Program-made: the position numbers and the translations under genes
Shown: positions 7,132-18,600 of the stretch, piece after piece
Layout: each line of letters opens with the position of its first letter
Position numbering within the stretch: position 1 is the stretch's first letter
Notes under the pieces: model-generated
Told to the model about the DNA's origin: nothing
Database searches by the model: none
Seen by the model: only the letters and a program-made list of their open reading frames with translations
Sequence record: PV764938.1
Reading direction: 5' to 3' (one strand)
DNA length: 64,000 nt

Positions 7132-9012
7132 TTACTTGGAGCCCACAACGCACAATACGGTGCCTTCTTCGTCGGTTAGCTTATCAGCGAGTGCGCGACC
7201 AACAATCAAATGTGCGGAAACTGTTGCCAGTTCTGCATCATCCAACGCAATCGCAACGCCTGGAATGTCCGAGAGAACCAAACGCTGACCCTTACGGATT
7301 TTACCGATCAAACGAACCGGAACACGTCCCGAAAGCGCAACCGGTGGGTGAGTGTGGTCAGGACCCGCACCCGAGTTAAGCAGGAAGCCTGGCTGTGTCG
7401 AAACAACACCAAAGTAGTTGATATCGTCGGCACCACTTGTCTGTGTGACTTCCTTCTCACCACCGAGGCTTACAAGAGTTCCCTTCGGATAGAGATGGTC
7501 GGATTCGTAACGTTCCGCCAAGTCAGCGTATCGTGTCTTAGTTGCTTCACCATCAAAGACGTTAGCGTAGATTGTGCCCCAACGCTGACCCGCGTTACCC
7601 ATGTCGTGCTGGCCAGTTGGAACCGACGACTTATCAAGTGGAACAAACGAACCCTGTGGAAGTTGGCTAACAACGTCGCCTGTTACTTCTTCAGCGATTG
7701 CCTTGACTGCGTCCTTACCCTGCTGGGTGAGCATCGCAGTACCAACGTAATCGTTTGCTTCTGTTGCAAATAGATCCGTGAAGATGATTTCAACGTCGCT
7801 GGTTGCGGCTTCAGTCTTCAGAGACTTAGCTGCGTCGAACATCTTGGCCTTTTCTGCTGTGTCACAGAGTTCAGCCTTCTTGGCCATACCAAATACGTTG
7901 ACTTCGGAAATGTCTGCTTCACCATCTGGATCAGAGTCACCAGCGTAGACATACTTGGAGAAGAAACGCAACCAGTGCTGTGCCTTCGAACCAAGATCCA
8001 ACACGATGTCTTCTACGATTGGGGCAGTGTCAACGTCTGAGCGCAAGAACTGCGAAGAGTTCAAACCATTGAGACGTTCTGCGTCCGATACCTGGCCGTT
8101 AAAGATCATTGCAGCATCGTGGTTCTGGTTAACACCAGGCTGCAAGGTCAAGCTCGTAGCGTCGGGATCGTATGGGTCAGCCCATGCACCGAAGTCCATT
8201 CCCTTGATCTTGTTCTCTTTCAGCTTGACAATCTGCGGAACCCAAACCGATACAATCTTACCATCGAGGACGACCATGAACATGTCGATTTCGATTTCTT
8301 CGCCAGTCGTCGGGTCAATAACAGTTTCCTTAGTAGTTTCAGTCCATGAACCACCATTAGGATCATTTGGATCTTGGAGACCCTGCGGCCCAATAAGAAC
8401 CCAACCATTCGGAACAATAGAACCATCAACGCGCTTTACCTTCGGAGGGAACGATGACAACGATTTCAGCGAGGAGTCGAATGCCCACAGTTTACGTTCA
8501 GGAAGCATCCACCAAAGATCACCTTCACTTGGGTTCGGCGGAGGAGGAACAATTTCGTCATCAGGAAGTTCTGCAGGATCTGTACCACCAGGAACACCCG
8601 TGTAGGGACCACCGACCTTCTTCCACTGGTAACCATCCCAGTAGTAGATTGTGCTGTCTTCGATGTTATACCACAGGTCACCCGGCTCTGGGTTTTCCGG
8701 TGGGTTTACAGAGCTCTGCGCACCACCAACGTTAATCCAAGTTGTACCATCGAACACCTTCAGCTTATTGACAACCGAAGGAGGCGGGCCCGGATCGAAA
8801 GTGTGGAACCATGTCTGACCCTGTAGTGGGTTAGCCGGTGGAGTTGGACTCGAAAAGGATTCCAACATGTGAACGAAGTTCTCAGCAACAGACTCACCGT
8901 AATCGACAGTACCGCGACCAAGCAGAGTCAAGCTTGTGGTTTCAGAATCTCTTGTAAAGTCCTGGACATTAGTGAGCAATGTCCCGTCTGTACGATTAAT
9001 TGAATATGGCAT
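7132..9012 (-). CDS. Tail fibre/baseplate-attached protein with C-terminal peptidase G2-like chaperone domain
   Basis: Three PxNPxxGxxW motifs and Pro-rich linkers; C-terminal YADLAERY..VVSTQPGFLLN..VALSGRVPV motif. Confidence 0.7.
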   Translation of the reverse strand: MPYSINRTDGTLLTNVQDFTRDSETTSLTLLGRGTVDYGESVAENFVHMLESFSSPTPPANPLQGQTWFHTFDPGPPPSVVNKLKVFDGTTWINVGGAQSSVNPPENPEPGDLWYNIEDSTIYYWDGYQWKKVGGPYTGVPGGTDPAELPDDEIVPPPPNPSEGDLWWMLPERKLWAFDSSLKSLSSFPPKVKRVDGSIVPNGWVLIGPQGLQDPNDPNGGSWTETTKETVIDPTTGEEIEIDMFMVVLDGKIVSVWVPQIVKLKENKIKGMDFGAWADPYDPDATSLTLQPGVNQNHDAAMIFNGQVSDAERLNGLNSSQFLRSDVDTAPIVEDIVLDLGSKAQHWLRFFSKYVYAGDSDPDGEADISEVNVFGMAKKAELCDTAEKAKMFDAAKSLKTEAATSDVEIIFTDLFATEANDYVGTAMLTQQGKDAVKAIAEEVTGDVVSQLPQGSFVPLDKSSVPTGQHDMGNAGQRWGTIYANVFDGEATKTRYADLAERYESDHLYPKGTLVSLGGEKEVTQTSGADDINYFGVVSTQPGFLLNSGAGPDHTHPPVALSGRVPVRLIGKIRKGQRLVLSDIPGVAIALDDAELATVSAHLIVGRALADKLTDEEGTVLCVVGSK

Positions 9013-9040
9013 AAAGCACTCCTAGCAATACATTTGCTGG

Positions 9041-9046
9041 TATTTA
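9041..9046 (-). promoter_or_regulatory. Late promoter (TAAATA)
   Basis: AATAAATA about 30 nt upstream of the ATG at 9012. Confidence 0.65.
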
Positions 9047-9066
9047 TTTGGTCATAAACCTAGTGT

Positions 9067-9666
9067 TTAATTCAGAGTTGTTCGAATCGTGTAGACGACT
9101 TCAATCAATCGGTTCAATGACTTTTGGATCGGGTTGAAAATGACGTGAGTCAAAAGCTGACCATTACCTGGGCCGGATGGATCATACGTCTTGAGACCAA
9201 GCTCATCAAACACGAAAGCCGACTCTGCATCAGAGCTATCGTCGAATGCTTCCTGACCCGAAGGCTCCGAATAATCCAACGTGCAGGTGATGATGATATC
9301 CGAATAAACAGTACCAACAAGGTGACGAACTTCAATGAAATTCTTTGACGTATCCGTGTTCAAAGAGCTCTGATCATTTACGACCTTGAAATACGTTGGG
9401 TTGTAGAGATCAGCACCCGTGCCGGTTACGTTCGGTGGGTAATAGGTAATGCCGCCGGTTCCAGAGACTGCGGAGCCTCCAGAACCAAAGTGCATTTCGT
9501 GAATGTTGCCGTTGGGACGGCCAGCAAGACCACGCGCAACAGCAACACTCATGTTCTCATAGTGAATCGCATTGGACTTATCCAAAAGGACTTCACCGGT
9601 TTCTTTGTCACGAATCAGGACGTGACCTTTAAAGCTAACGTTGAAGCCGTCTTTTACCGATTCCAT
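9067..9666 (-). CDS. Virion structural protein (baseplate/fibre-attachment region)
   Basis: 199 aa, AGGAG RBS, late promoter, flanked by wedge and fibre genes. Confidence 0.7.
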   Translation of the reverse strand: MESVKDGFNVSFKGHVLIRDKETGEVLLDKSNAIHYENMSVAVARGLAGRPNGNIHEMHFGSGGSAVSGTGGITYYPPNVTGTGADLYNPTYFKVVNDQSSLNTDTSKNFIEVRHLVGTVYSDIIITCTLDYSEPSGQEAFDDSSDAESAFVFDELGLKTYDPSGPGNGQLLTHVIFNPIQKSLNRLIEVVYTIRTTLN

Positions 9667-9689
9667 GTTTGTCTCCTTAATTAACAGGA

Positions 9690-9695
9690 TATTTA
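9690..9695 (-). promoter_or_regulatory. Late promoter (TAAATA)
   Basis: TAAATA immediately after the TAA stop of the 4555-aa gene. Confidence 0.6.
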
Positions 9696-12600
9696 TTATA
9701 CCGTCGGACCCGGCTTACCAACGTTAGCTGCACTCCACCATGTCTTCCAGTTCTTCGAGAAGTCCATTGTGGAATGTGCTCGCATGTTTGTCGTGTTGAA
9801 CGTGAGCAGCGCGTGTAGAACAGAACCGTCGAACACCTTAGTGTTGATCGGAGCATCGATCATGCGCGAAGTGCCACCTGTACCACGACCCAGACCTGTG
9901 AGTGTGAACGTACCGTCACCGTTATCAACGACACCAGTATAGGTGATACGCTCAGTGCCAACCCAAACAACGCCATCAACATAACGACTCAGGATATCGT
10001 TGATACGAGCCTTCAAAGCTTCTGTAATATCAACGTTATCAGCTATAGCGACTGTATATCCAGGCTCAGTTGGGTGCGGCTGTTGCCACAGAGCGTCAAT
10101 ACCCAAGCTACGGTAAATACCCAAAATGCGTTGTTCTTCAACCACGTAACCAATTGGTTTGTATTTGAATTTGATTGTTCTAATATTGTCTTCGACTTCA
10201 TTAGATGTGATGGAAACTACCTGACCGATTGCCAAAGTGTCTATTTCAGACGCGTTAGCCAAAACCAAGTCTTTACCATTTGGTGATTTCTTTAGCAAAT
10301 CACCAACAGACAACGAGAATGCAGGATCCACCTTGAATTCATAACTTACATTGTTTGGACGCTTTGCTTTCAGATCTCCAACAGTGAGTGTTTTTGGATT
10401 GCCATTATTATCAGTGAAGCTAACACCAATGCTGAGTGCGACCTTTGCCTGCAATTCTGCAAGATTCGGATTTGCCGGGTCATGCAGCGGGAACAGACCA
10501 GGAATTGCAACGCTCATTGTCTGATCCGCTGGCATCAACGGAGCCGATAGTGCGATACCATCTTCCTCGAGGAATACACCTTCCCAAGCACCAATCGAAT
10601 CCTTGAAGAAACGGAATGCTGTGGGCTGTGTTGTTGGCATATCACCCTGCGATGTCGCCTGACGATAAACAGTCATCATCAGAGGATCACGAACACGCAA
10701 GCGAACAAGCTCGTCTGGATGACCACCATCGAACCAAGGCTGAACTAGCTCACCACCTTCGAGGCGAATGTCTTCGACACTATTAGAGTCTTCCCAGTTG
10801 CTCTGGTTCGGATTGATGTTCAAGTCACGACCCACGTAGTATTCGTACTCGTTTGCCCAACCCGTCTGGTAATCCCATGCGAACATGTCCCAGAGACCCT
10901 GGCCTAGATCAGCGCCATCAACGACTGTGCCGCGGAAATCACAACCACGAATCAACGTGTCGAGTTCCTTGCGCTTCATTGTCGCACTTGGCTCGTAATA
11001 GCGTTCGATGCGATCGGCGAGGCCACCATTGATGTTCATGTCCCAACGAACGTTGTAGAACTCAACGAACTCGGTTCCGCTCCACATGTAAGCGGCCGGA
11101 TCACGATCAGGACCAACCTTCACGTTGACGATATCGCCTCGGTTGATCAGTGCTTGTCCACCCGCGTTCACAGCATTCTGCGAATCACGAACCAACTGAT
11201 CACGCAGAGTTGTCGAATCAACAACCAGCTGCTGATACTCTTGACCCGGAATACGATACAGATCTTCGAGTTCACCGAATGTCTTCGTGTATGCGCCGTG
11301 GACCCAACGCTGTTCGTTACCATCCCACGGAACTTCCGGAGGAGACCAACCAACAATCGGGCTGCACGATACACGATCGAACAACATTGTGATCTGCGGA
11401 CGACGAACAGGATTCCACTTGTCGTCCCAGTTCTCTAGCGTGTAGTTGGTCTTCTGGTAGTTTTCGTACCAGTGACGCATCTGAGGATCCGTACGAAGCA
11501 CAAGCTCATCAGCTGGAACCTTCACGTCCAGCTTGCGCCAGCTTTGTGTGGTTTCATCGTAGTAGAGTGGCTTGTCGAAGTCAGTGATCGTCAAGTTCAT
11601 GTGTTCCATTGGTGGGCTCAAGCGACGAACAAAATCACGTACCTTAACGTGGTATGGCTTCACATCATTGATGTAAGACAAGATGTTGTCGATTTGATCC
11701 TTGAACACGATCGGGCTCTGGTTCAACTGCTCGTTGTAGCCGGCCATGTAGAGGAACGATGTCTTGAAGACCCAGTCCGTATAGTTGTGCTGGGAGACCG
11801 CAGTCTTTACCATGCTGAAGAACAACTTGTTACGTTCCAGAGACGTCAACAGCTTCGTGCGAAGTTCTGTGAGCAAGTATTGGAGTTCCCAAGAACCATC
11901 ACGCTTCTTCGAGCTACCAACCTTGTAATCGTTGAAGCCGTAGACCATCATGTTCTTCGCGTAGAAGTTGTCGTTCAGGCGAATCGTTGCCTTCTCCTTA
12001 GCGACCTGAATCCAGCTGCCATCCTTGTAGACGTACCAAGCCCAACGAGGATCTGTTGGACCCTGAGTATCGACTTGAACAAGTGTTCCACGGAGCAGAG
12101 TTGTGTCGAGCTTCTTATCGGCATCACGCTCTTGACGAGTCGCATAACGCTTGACTGGGAAGTCGTTGATGCTCCACTCTGGATCGTACCAATCCACAGC
12201 CTTCCACATCTCACCCTCACGCATACGATAACGCTGAGCCTTAAACAGAACGTAACCGGTTTCGCTTGCACGAGCATCCGATGGCAAATAGATCCAAAGT
12301 GTCCAGAGACCGTTTGTCTCAGGAGTACCCTGCATGAATACCTTCTGACCCGCCTTCACAACGCCAGTTGCGGAAAGCTGATCACGCTCAAACTCGTCAA
12401 CGACTTCGAACGCATAGGAATTTGCATCGGGCTGTGGCTCTTCCGATTCGAAGATCTCACGCCATTCGTAACGTGTATCCAAGAATGCTTCGCTTGCGAA
12501 GATTTCATTCATTGTGTCAACGAAAGCCTTACGAGCTTCGCGACCCGGAATGAGGAATCCATACTGGTCAACATCCGACTTGAACCATGTCTGGCCTGGA

Positions 12601-15600
12601 CGGCTGAGAGCGCCGTAACGCTCACGCTCGTTGAGCCATTGATCAGGAACCTTACGGAATGCTTCAACTGTGCGAGTCTGATAAACCTTAGAACCAACAC
12701 CGAAACGCAGAGTACCAACGCCGGTCAGACCAACAAAGGTGTTGCCGTTCAGGTATTCGTATTGGATCCAATAGTCACCGATCTTGACTTCGCCTGACGG
12801 GTCAAAACCAGTTGCATCATCAACCGTGAAGCTTGTGGACAACGAGTTCAGTTCAGTTGTCAGCGAACCAACAAAAGTCTTGCGCTGAGTATTGTTGTCC
12901 CAACCAACAAGCGAGTCACGCATCTTGATCCAGAGGGATTCGTCGATGTTGTTGCGCTCATCGTTTTCACGAAGCAGCTTGTATTGCTTGTGGACAAGAC
13001 CATCATTCGCAGACTTCTTCCACTCGATTTTCAAGCTTGTGGAGTAATCGTTCACGTATTGCTTTGCACCACCTACGAGAACCTTGTTCGTGTCAACAAT
13101 TGCGAACCATGGGATATCAGCGGATGTTGGATCCTGAATGATCGTCGCAATCTGCATTGCTGTGAGGTTGCGATCTTCACGGAACGGAACAGTGGCTGAG
13201 TTGCGCACCCAGAAGTAATAGACAGTTTCGTTGCGGCTCAATTCTTTGTTGTACTCGGTGCGCTCAACCCAGCTTGCGTTGGTGTTGATGTCCTTGACAG
13301 TACCCGTAGGCTTGTGCTCATCGGAATCAACACTGACGTTACGCTTCTTCTCGACTTCTGCGGACCAGAACGCCGGAGCAACCGTCGAACGTGTCCATTC
13401 GTAGATGTCGATTGTGATGCCCGGAGCCAACTTGCCCCAGTTCTTCCACTTGTATTCGGTTTCGCCGATTTCGTAGTCCAAGTAACGAGTCGTAGAGATA
13501 TCCCACCAAATGTCACCGACCTTAGCAGAATCCCAAAGACGTTCATTCGAGTTGATGCTCTTCGCCAGCGGACCATTCGAGTAGATAGCGGGATCGTACT
13601 CCAGAATATAGGAGATTTCGCGCTTTGCCGAACCCGGGATAAAGCCCTTGAATGGATCGTAAAGCTGAAGCGTCTGTAGTGTTTCCGATGTGTTTACGTC
13701 GTAGATCACTGCGGACTCAACCATGTGAGTATCGATCTTCGGAGTTTCCTGGCGAATTTCCTGCCAGATGGCACCGTCGATGGAATCCATACGCTCAAGT
13801 ACGCGCCAACCCGTTACAGCTTCCGAAGCAACTTCCCATTCCTGGGCAACGAATGCATCTGTTGTAACGCCATGCGTTGTGAAGCTCATTGTCGCTGTTG
13901 TGTAGTTGGTGCCGCGATTCGTCATTACGATCGCCTTAATGCGAGCTGGCTTCATAACGCACTCGAACACTACTGGAGTATCTGAGGCATCATTGACAAC
14001 CGTTACGATCGGCGCTGCGTCATAACCCCAACCTGCATCCAATACGATTACTTCTGTGATCGCACCGTTTTCTACCTTGCTGATACGAGCCTCTGCACCC
14101 TTACCCGACAGGTTCTTCGGAGTAATCAAGAGCTTCTCAGTTCCAGTGTAACCGATGTTTGCCTCAGGGTTCATGACCTTGATTTTGTAGACGCTTGTCG
14201 GAGCAAGCATCACATAAGCGGCAGCATCTTCACCATCACCGGTGATTGTTACGGTTGGCTCGTGTGTGTAGAGCGTGCCCTTGTCCGTGATTACTGGACG
14301 ATCCAGTGACTTGATGTCGTTGTCTTGTGGAACAATCGAAGCCTCAAGACCCGAACCAGTCTGGATTGCACGGTAAACAACACCATCGCGAGTGATGAGT
14401 TCATGATACTCATAACGCTCACCAGCAGTCCATTCCACAGCACGCTCAAGTGTCGAACGACCATCATCCAAGAGGATACGGTCACCGAGCTTCCAATCAT
14501 CGACTGGGATCAACAGCGGATCTTCTGGACCCTCATTGTTGTCAAAGCGTACGGAGTTCCAAGCGAAAATGTCGCCACCGGAACCTGTGATGCTTGTGCG
14601 AACTGGATTGTCGTCGGCATCGAATAGTTCGAAACCACTGGTGTAGTGGTAATCAACTACCAGCGTGAGTAGACCATCGCTTACACCATCGCTGTTGTAG
14701 AATGCGACCATCTTGTTGTCGCTGTTGATGCGCTCGTTCAAGTAGAACGGCGTACGAGTACCAGCAACCTTCAAGTCGATATCGCGTGAACCAGCAACTG
14801 TGTTGTGTACGGTTACCAGCGAACGCGTCGATGTTCCGATAACGCCGTTTGTTACGTTCTTTGTCGTAGTTGGTTCACCAGTTGTCGTATCCAGAACATA
14901 CTCGGGGAATTCAACCTCGTAAGTGGTACGTTCGTCAACGCTGGAGATTGGCAATTGTACGCTCTGCACGTAGAAGTCCGGCGAGTTAGTTCCAGTCGGA
15001 GCAGGGAACTCAATTGGTGTGCTCTCATAGACCCACTCGTTTACGTTCTCGGCCGTTGCAGGCTCGATTACGCGGTGACGCCATTGAGCCATAACTGTTG
15101 GCTCCAGAGTCTCCGGAGTGGATTCCAAAATAGCCTGTGCAGGTGCACCACCGTTTGGTGTCTCGACTGTGATTGTTGATTCACCACCAACCCACGAGCA
15201 CTTACCCCAATCCGTAATTGTGATGCTGCGAACAGTCCACAACATGATTGGTTCAACAGTTGCGCCTTGGCCACCACCACCGCTTACAACGACACGTGGC
15301 TCAGTGAGATAACCATCACCAGTGTAGGCGTGGAACTTAACCTCAGGAGCACTTGCGTAACCGGCACCGTTGTAATCGATGAGAACCGCAGTCACTACAC
15401 CGTTGGAGATTTCTGCCTTAACCGCAGCGTGCGATGTTGGGTTACCGCCTTCGAATGTTACGAACGGACGCATTTCCCAGCCCGAACCACCTTGGAGATC
15501 CGAAATACCACCAACGCCACCAGCGTTTAGGTTTGCTGTTGCGGATGTTCCAGTACCTGCGCCTGGGATTACGACTGCATCAAGCTTTTCGCCATCGAGG

Positions 15601-18600
15601 ACAGCCGTGCCCTTAGCACCAGTACCGCCGCCACCGATAACAGTGATCGTCGGAGCACTCGTGTAACCGGTGCCTGGGTTGGTCACAGCATAACCGATGA
15701 TAGTTCCAACAATATTGGCCTTCGCTTTGACTCCAGTTGGTCCTAGGACCGTGATCTTAGGCTCGCTTGTAGCTGCATAGCCCCAACCAGGATTCGTTAC
15801 TGTGATCGCGCTAGGAGTCACGAATACGTTTCCGTTGCGAACCAAACGAACAGTTGCGGCTGTATCGTCTTCGTTCAGGACAATTGTGTCATCGTAGACG
15901 TTGACTGTGATTGGGCTCGAATACGAGAACGTTGGACGACCCGGAGCCGGCTTCACGCTGCGGAAAGCAGTCGAAGAGTTGACCGCACCGATGAAACGAT
16001 CTGTTTCAGTGAGTGTACCAATTGTGATCGTCGGGTTGTTTCCGGCTGGGTATGTGAATGGACGAACAACCGAAGCCGTGATCTTGTTGATCACGATACC
16101 CGAGTCTGCCCACAGATCCATGATCGGAATCTGTACCAACGAGTTACCATTGTTGCGAAGTGTTTGACTTGCATCGATGAAGATCTTTGCGCTGTTCTTG
16201 AACTTCGCCTTGTAGGTGTTCAGAAGCATTTCCGTTGTGTTATTGTCCGGCAGGATACCATCGAGGATGGTCTTTTCCATGCGTGCTTCTGCCTGTTCAA
16301 TATCGGTCTCGAACGTTGGGTTCAAGCTTACGATTTCCGGACGAGGCTCCTGCGGGTTGTGATCGATACCCAATGCATCAAACATGTTGACGTTTGTGGA
16401 AACTACCGTGCCCTGAGTAGAGAAGCTCTGCGGACGAGTCATGTTTACGTTTGCGGATGTATCACCGAAACGGAAAACATTCCAATCACCATAACCGGTG
16501 TCGTAGACCCATGTGCGATCACCCGGCAATACGATTTCACCGACGAGTTCCAGATTAGCCGTAACTGTCATCTGACCCGGTGCAATTGCAAGACCAGTTG
16601 CCTGAGTCACGAACACATACAGAGCATTCTCATCGTTGAGCTTGCTGGTCAAGTATTCGAATACTTGATGTGTGTAGGTCTGGAGCTTATCGGTCTGAAC
16701 CGAAGTCTTCTCCATGAACTTCTCGGGCTCAGCGATAGTACCGATGGAAACGATTACTTCGGCTTCGCCAGCTTGTGTGAGTGGGAATGCTTCAACAATG
16801 TCAACGACAAAGTTCTTGATTCGGTACATGCCCTGGGACAGGTTCGGAACAATGTTGATCTTACGTGGTGCAGTAGAAGATTCCGCATACTTGATCGTTA
16901 CGGTGTTCGTGATCGCAGAGGATGGTTCCTCGCGCTGGATTCGACGATACAACGCATTGAAGTTGTTCATTGTGGTTGCAGTCCACTGAACATCATCCAG
17001 ATGAACGTAGCCGGCCGATGGCAAGTTGCCCTTCTGCTTTGCCTTAACATCGATGAGCGGCCAATCCGGATTCTGTGTGGAATGGCGCCATACCCAACGA
17101 GGATCCTTGTGCATGAATTCGCCGGTCTCGTTGTTGAACAAGTCGTAGATCTTTGTTGCCTTGTCGTCTTCAGTCGCAACAAACAGACCCGTGTAATAGT
17201 TCGGAGTAAACTCGAACGTGAATGTGATCTCCAGGTTACCGCTGTCCTGTGCATTTGTGATGTATGCGGCAACCTCTAGAGCGGCATTCGAGATCTGCTG
17301 GCCATCATCGAGAATCACAGTCTTCGAGCTACGAGTAGCCAAGTTGACTGGACCGACATAACGAGCATTGTCGTCTACGTCGCCGATTGTGAGCTGTGGC
17401 TGAACACCGTTGAACTCATCGAGAACCTTGATCGTGAAGGACTTCAGGATGATTCCCTCAACACGCTTGAACTTTGCAAGCTCTACGATGCCGTTTGTTG
17501 GCGGATCCTGGAGCGTAACAGATGCGGTTGCAGGAGTTGTTGGGTTACCACCGACGAACTCAATCTGCGGTGCAGTTTCAAAACCGCCACCACGATTCAA
17601 TACTTCAACACCGCTGATCGAACCACCAGTTACGGTAACCTGTACGATTGCGCCAGTGCCTGTACCAGTGAAGCGAACGCTAGTTGCTGGATCATATCCG
17701 GAACCTGGGTTGCTTACTGTGATAACTGTTGCGCGACCACCGGAAACCTTAACGCCGATACGACCTGCTGCCGTGAAGTTGAAGTTCGGGAACAGAATAT
17801 CACCAACGCCTTCGTAACCAGCACCTGGGCTTGTCAACGTAAGTTTTGTAATTGCACCGGTTTCAGTAACTTCGGAGATCACAGCCTTTGCGTTTCCGTT
17901 ACCACCAGCGAATCGGATTTCCTGACCCACTGCATAACCGGAGCCAGCACCTGTTGTACCTTCCTGCGGAATAACATAAACCGAGAGGATCTTGGAAGAG
18001 TCAAAGTTGACACCGGTGACTCGTGCAGCCGCACCGAAGCCTGTGCCGTCGATTTCAACGACGTCGCCTTCGAAGAAGCCTGTGCCACCCTTGAGAACCT
18101 TGAGCTCAGCAATACCGGAGTTCTTCCAGTTTAGGATTGCCTTGAGCGATGCACCCGAAGTGTCGCCGATTACGTTAACAGCCGGAGCCTCAAGATAGCC
18201 AGCACCGACGTTGGTCATCTTGACCTTCTTGATGCCGTTGATGCTGTAGGTCGCACGAACTGTTTCTACGTTCTTCAGGTAATCCCAGTGATCAGCATCC
18301 CAAGCCAAACGCAAGTCCCAACCACCCTGACCGGAGCCGTTGAATTGGAACATTTGCGGGCTGTTCTTGAAATCACCCTGCTTGATCAGGAAGTCCATGC
18401 TTGGACGGATCTCGCTTGCACCGTATTCACCAATACGGAAGCCCCACTCTTCAAGAACATTCAAGCCATCGTTGTGGCGAACAAACTTGCTGCGGAACAG
18501 CTTGCGCATTGCAGAGATCGTACCCTTCTGCTGGATAACACCCTGGTGGAACTCGAATTGGTTCGTAGGTGTCATCAACAGGTTGCTGAGGTATTCCTTC

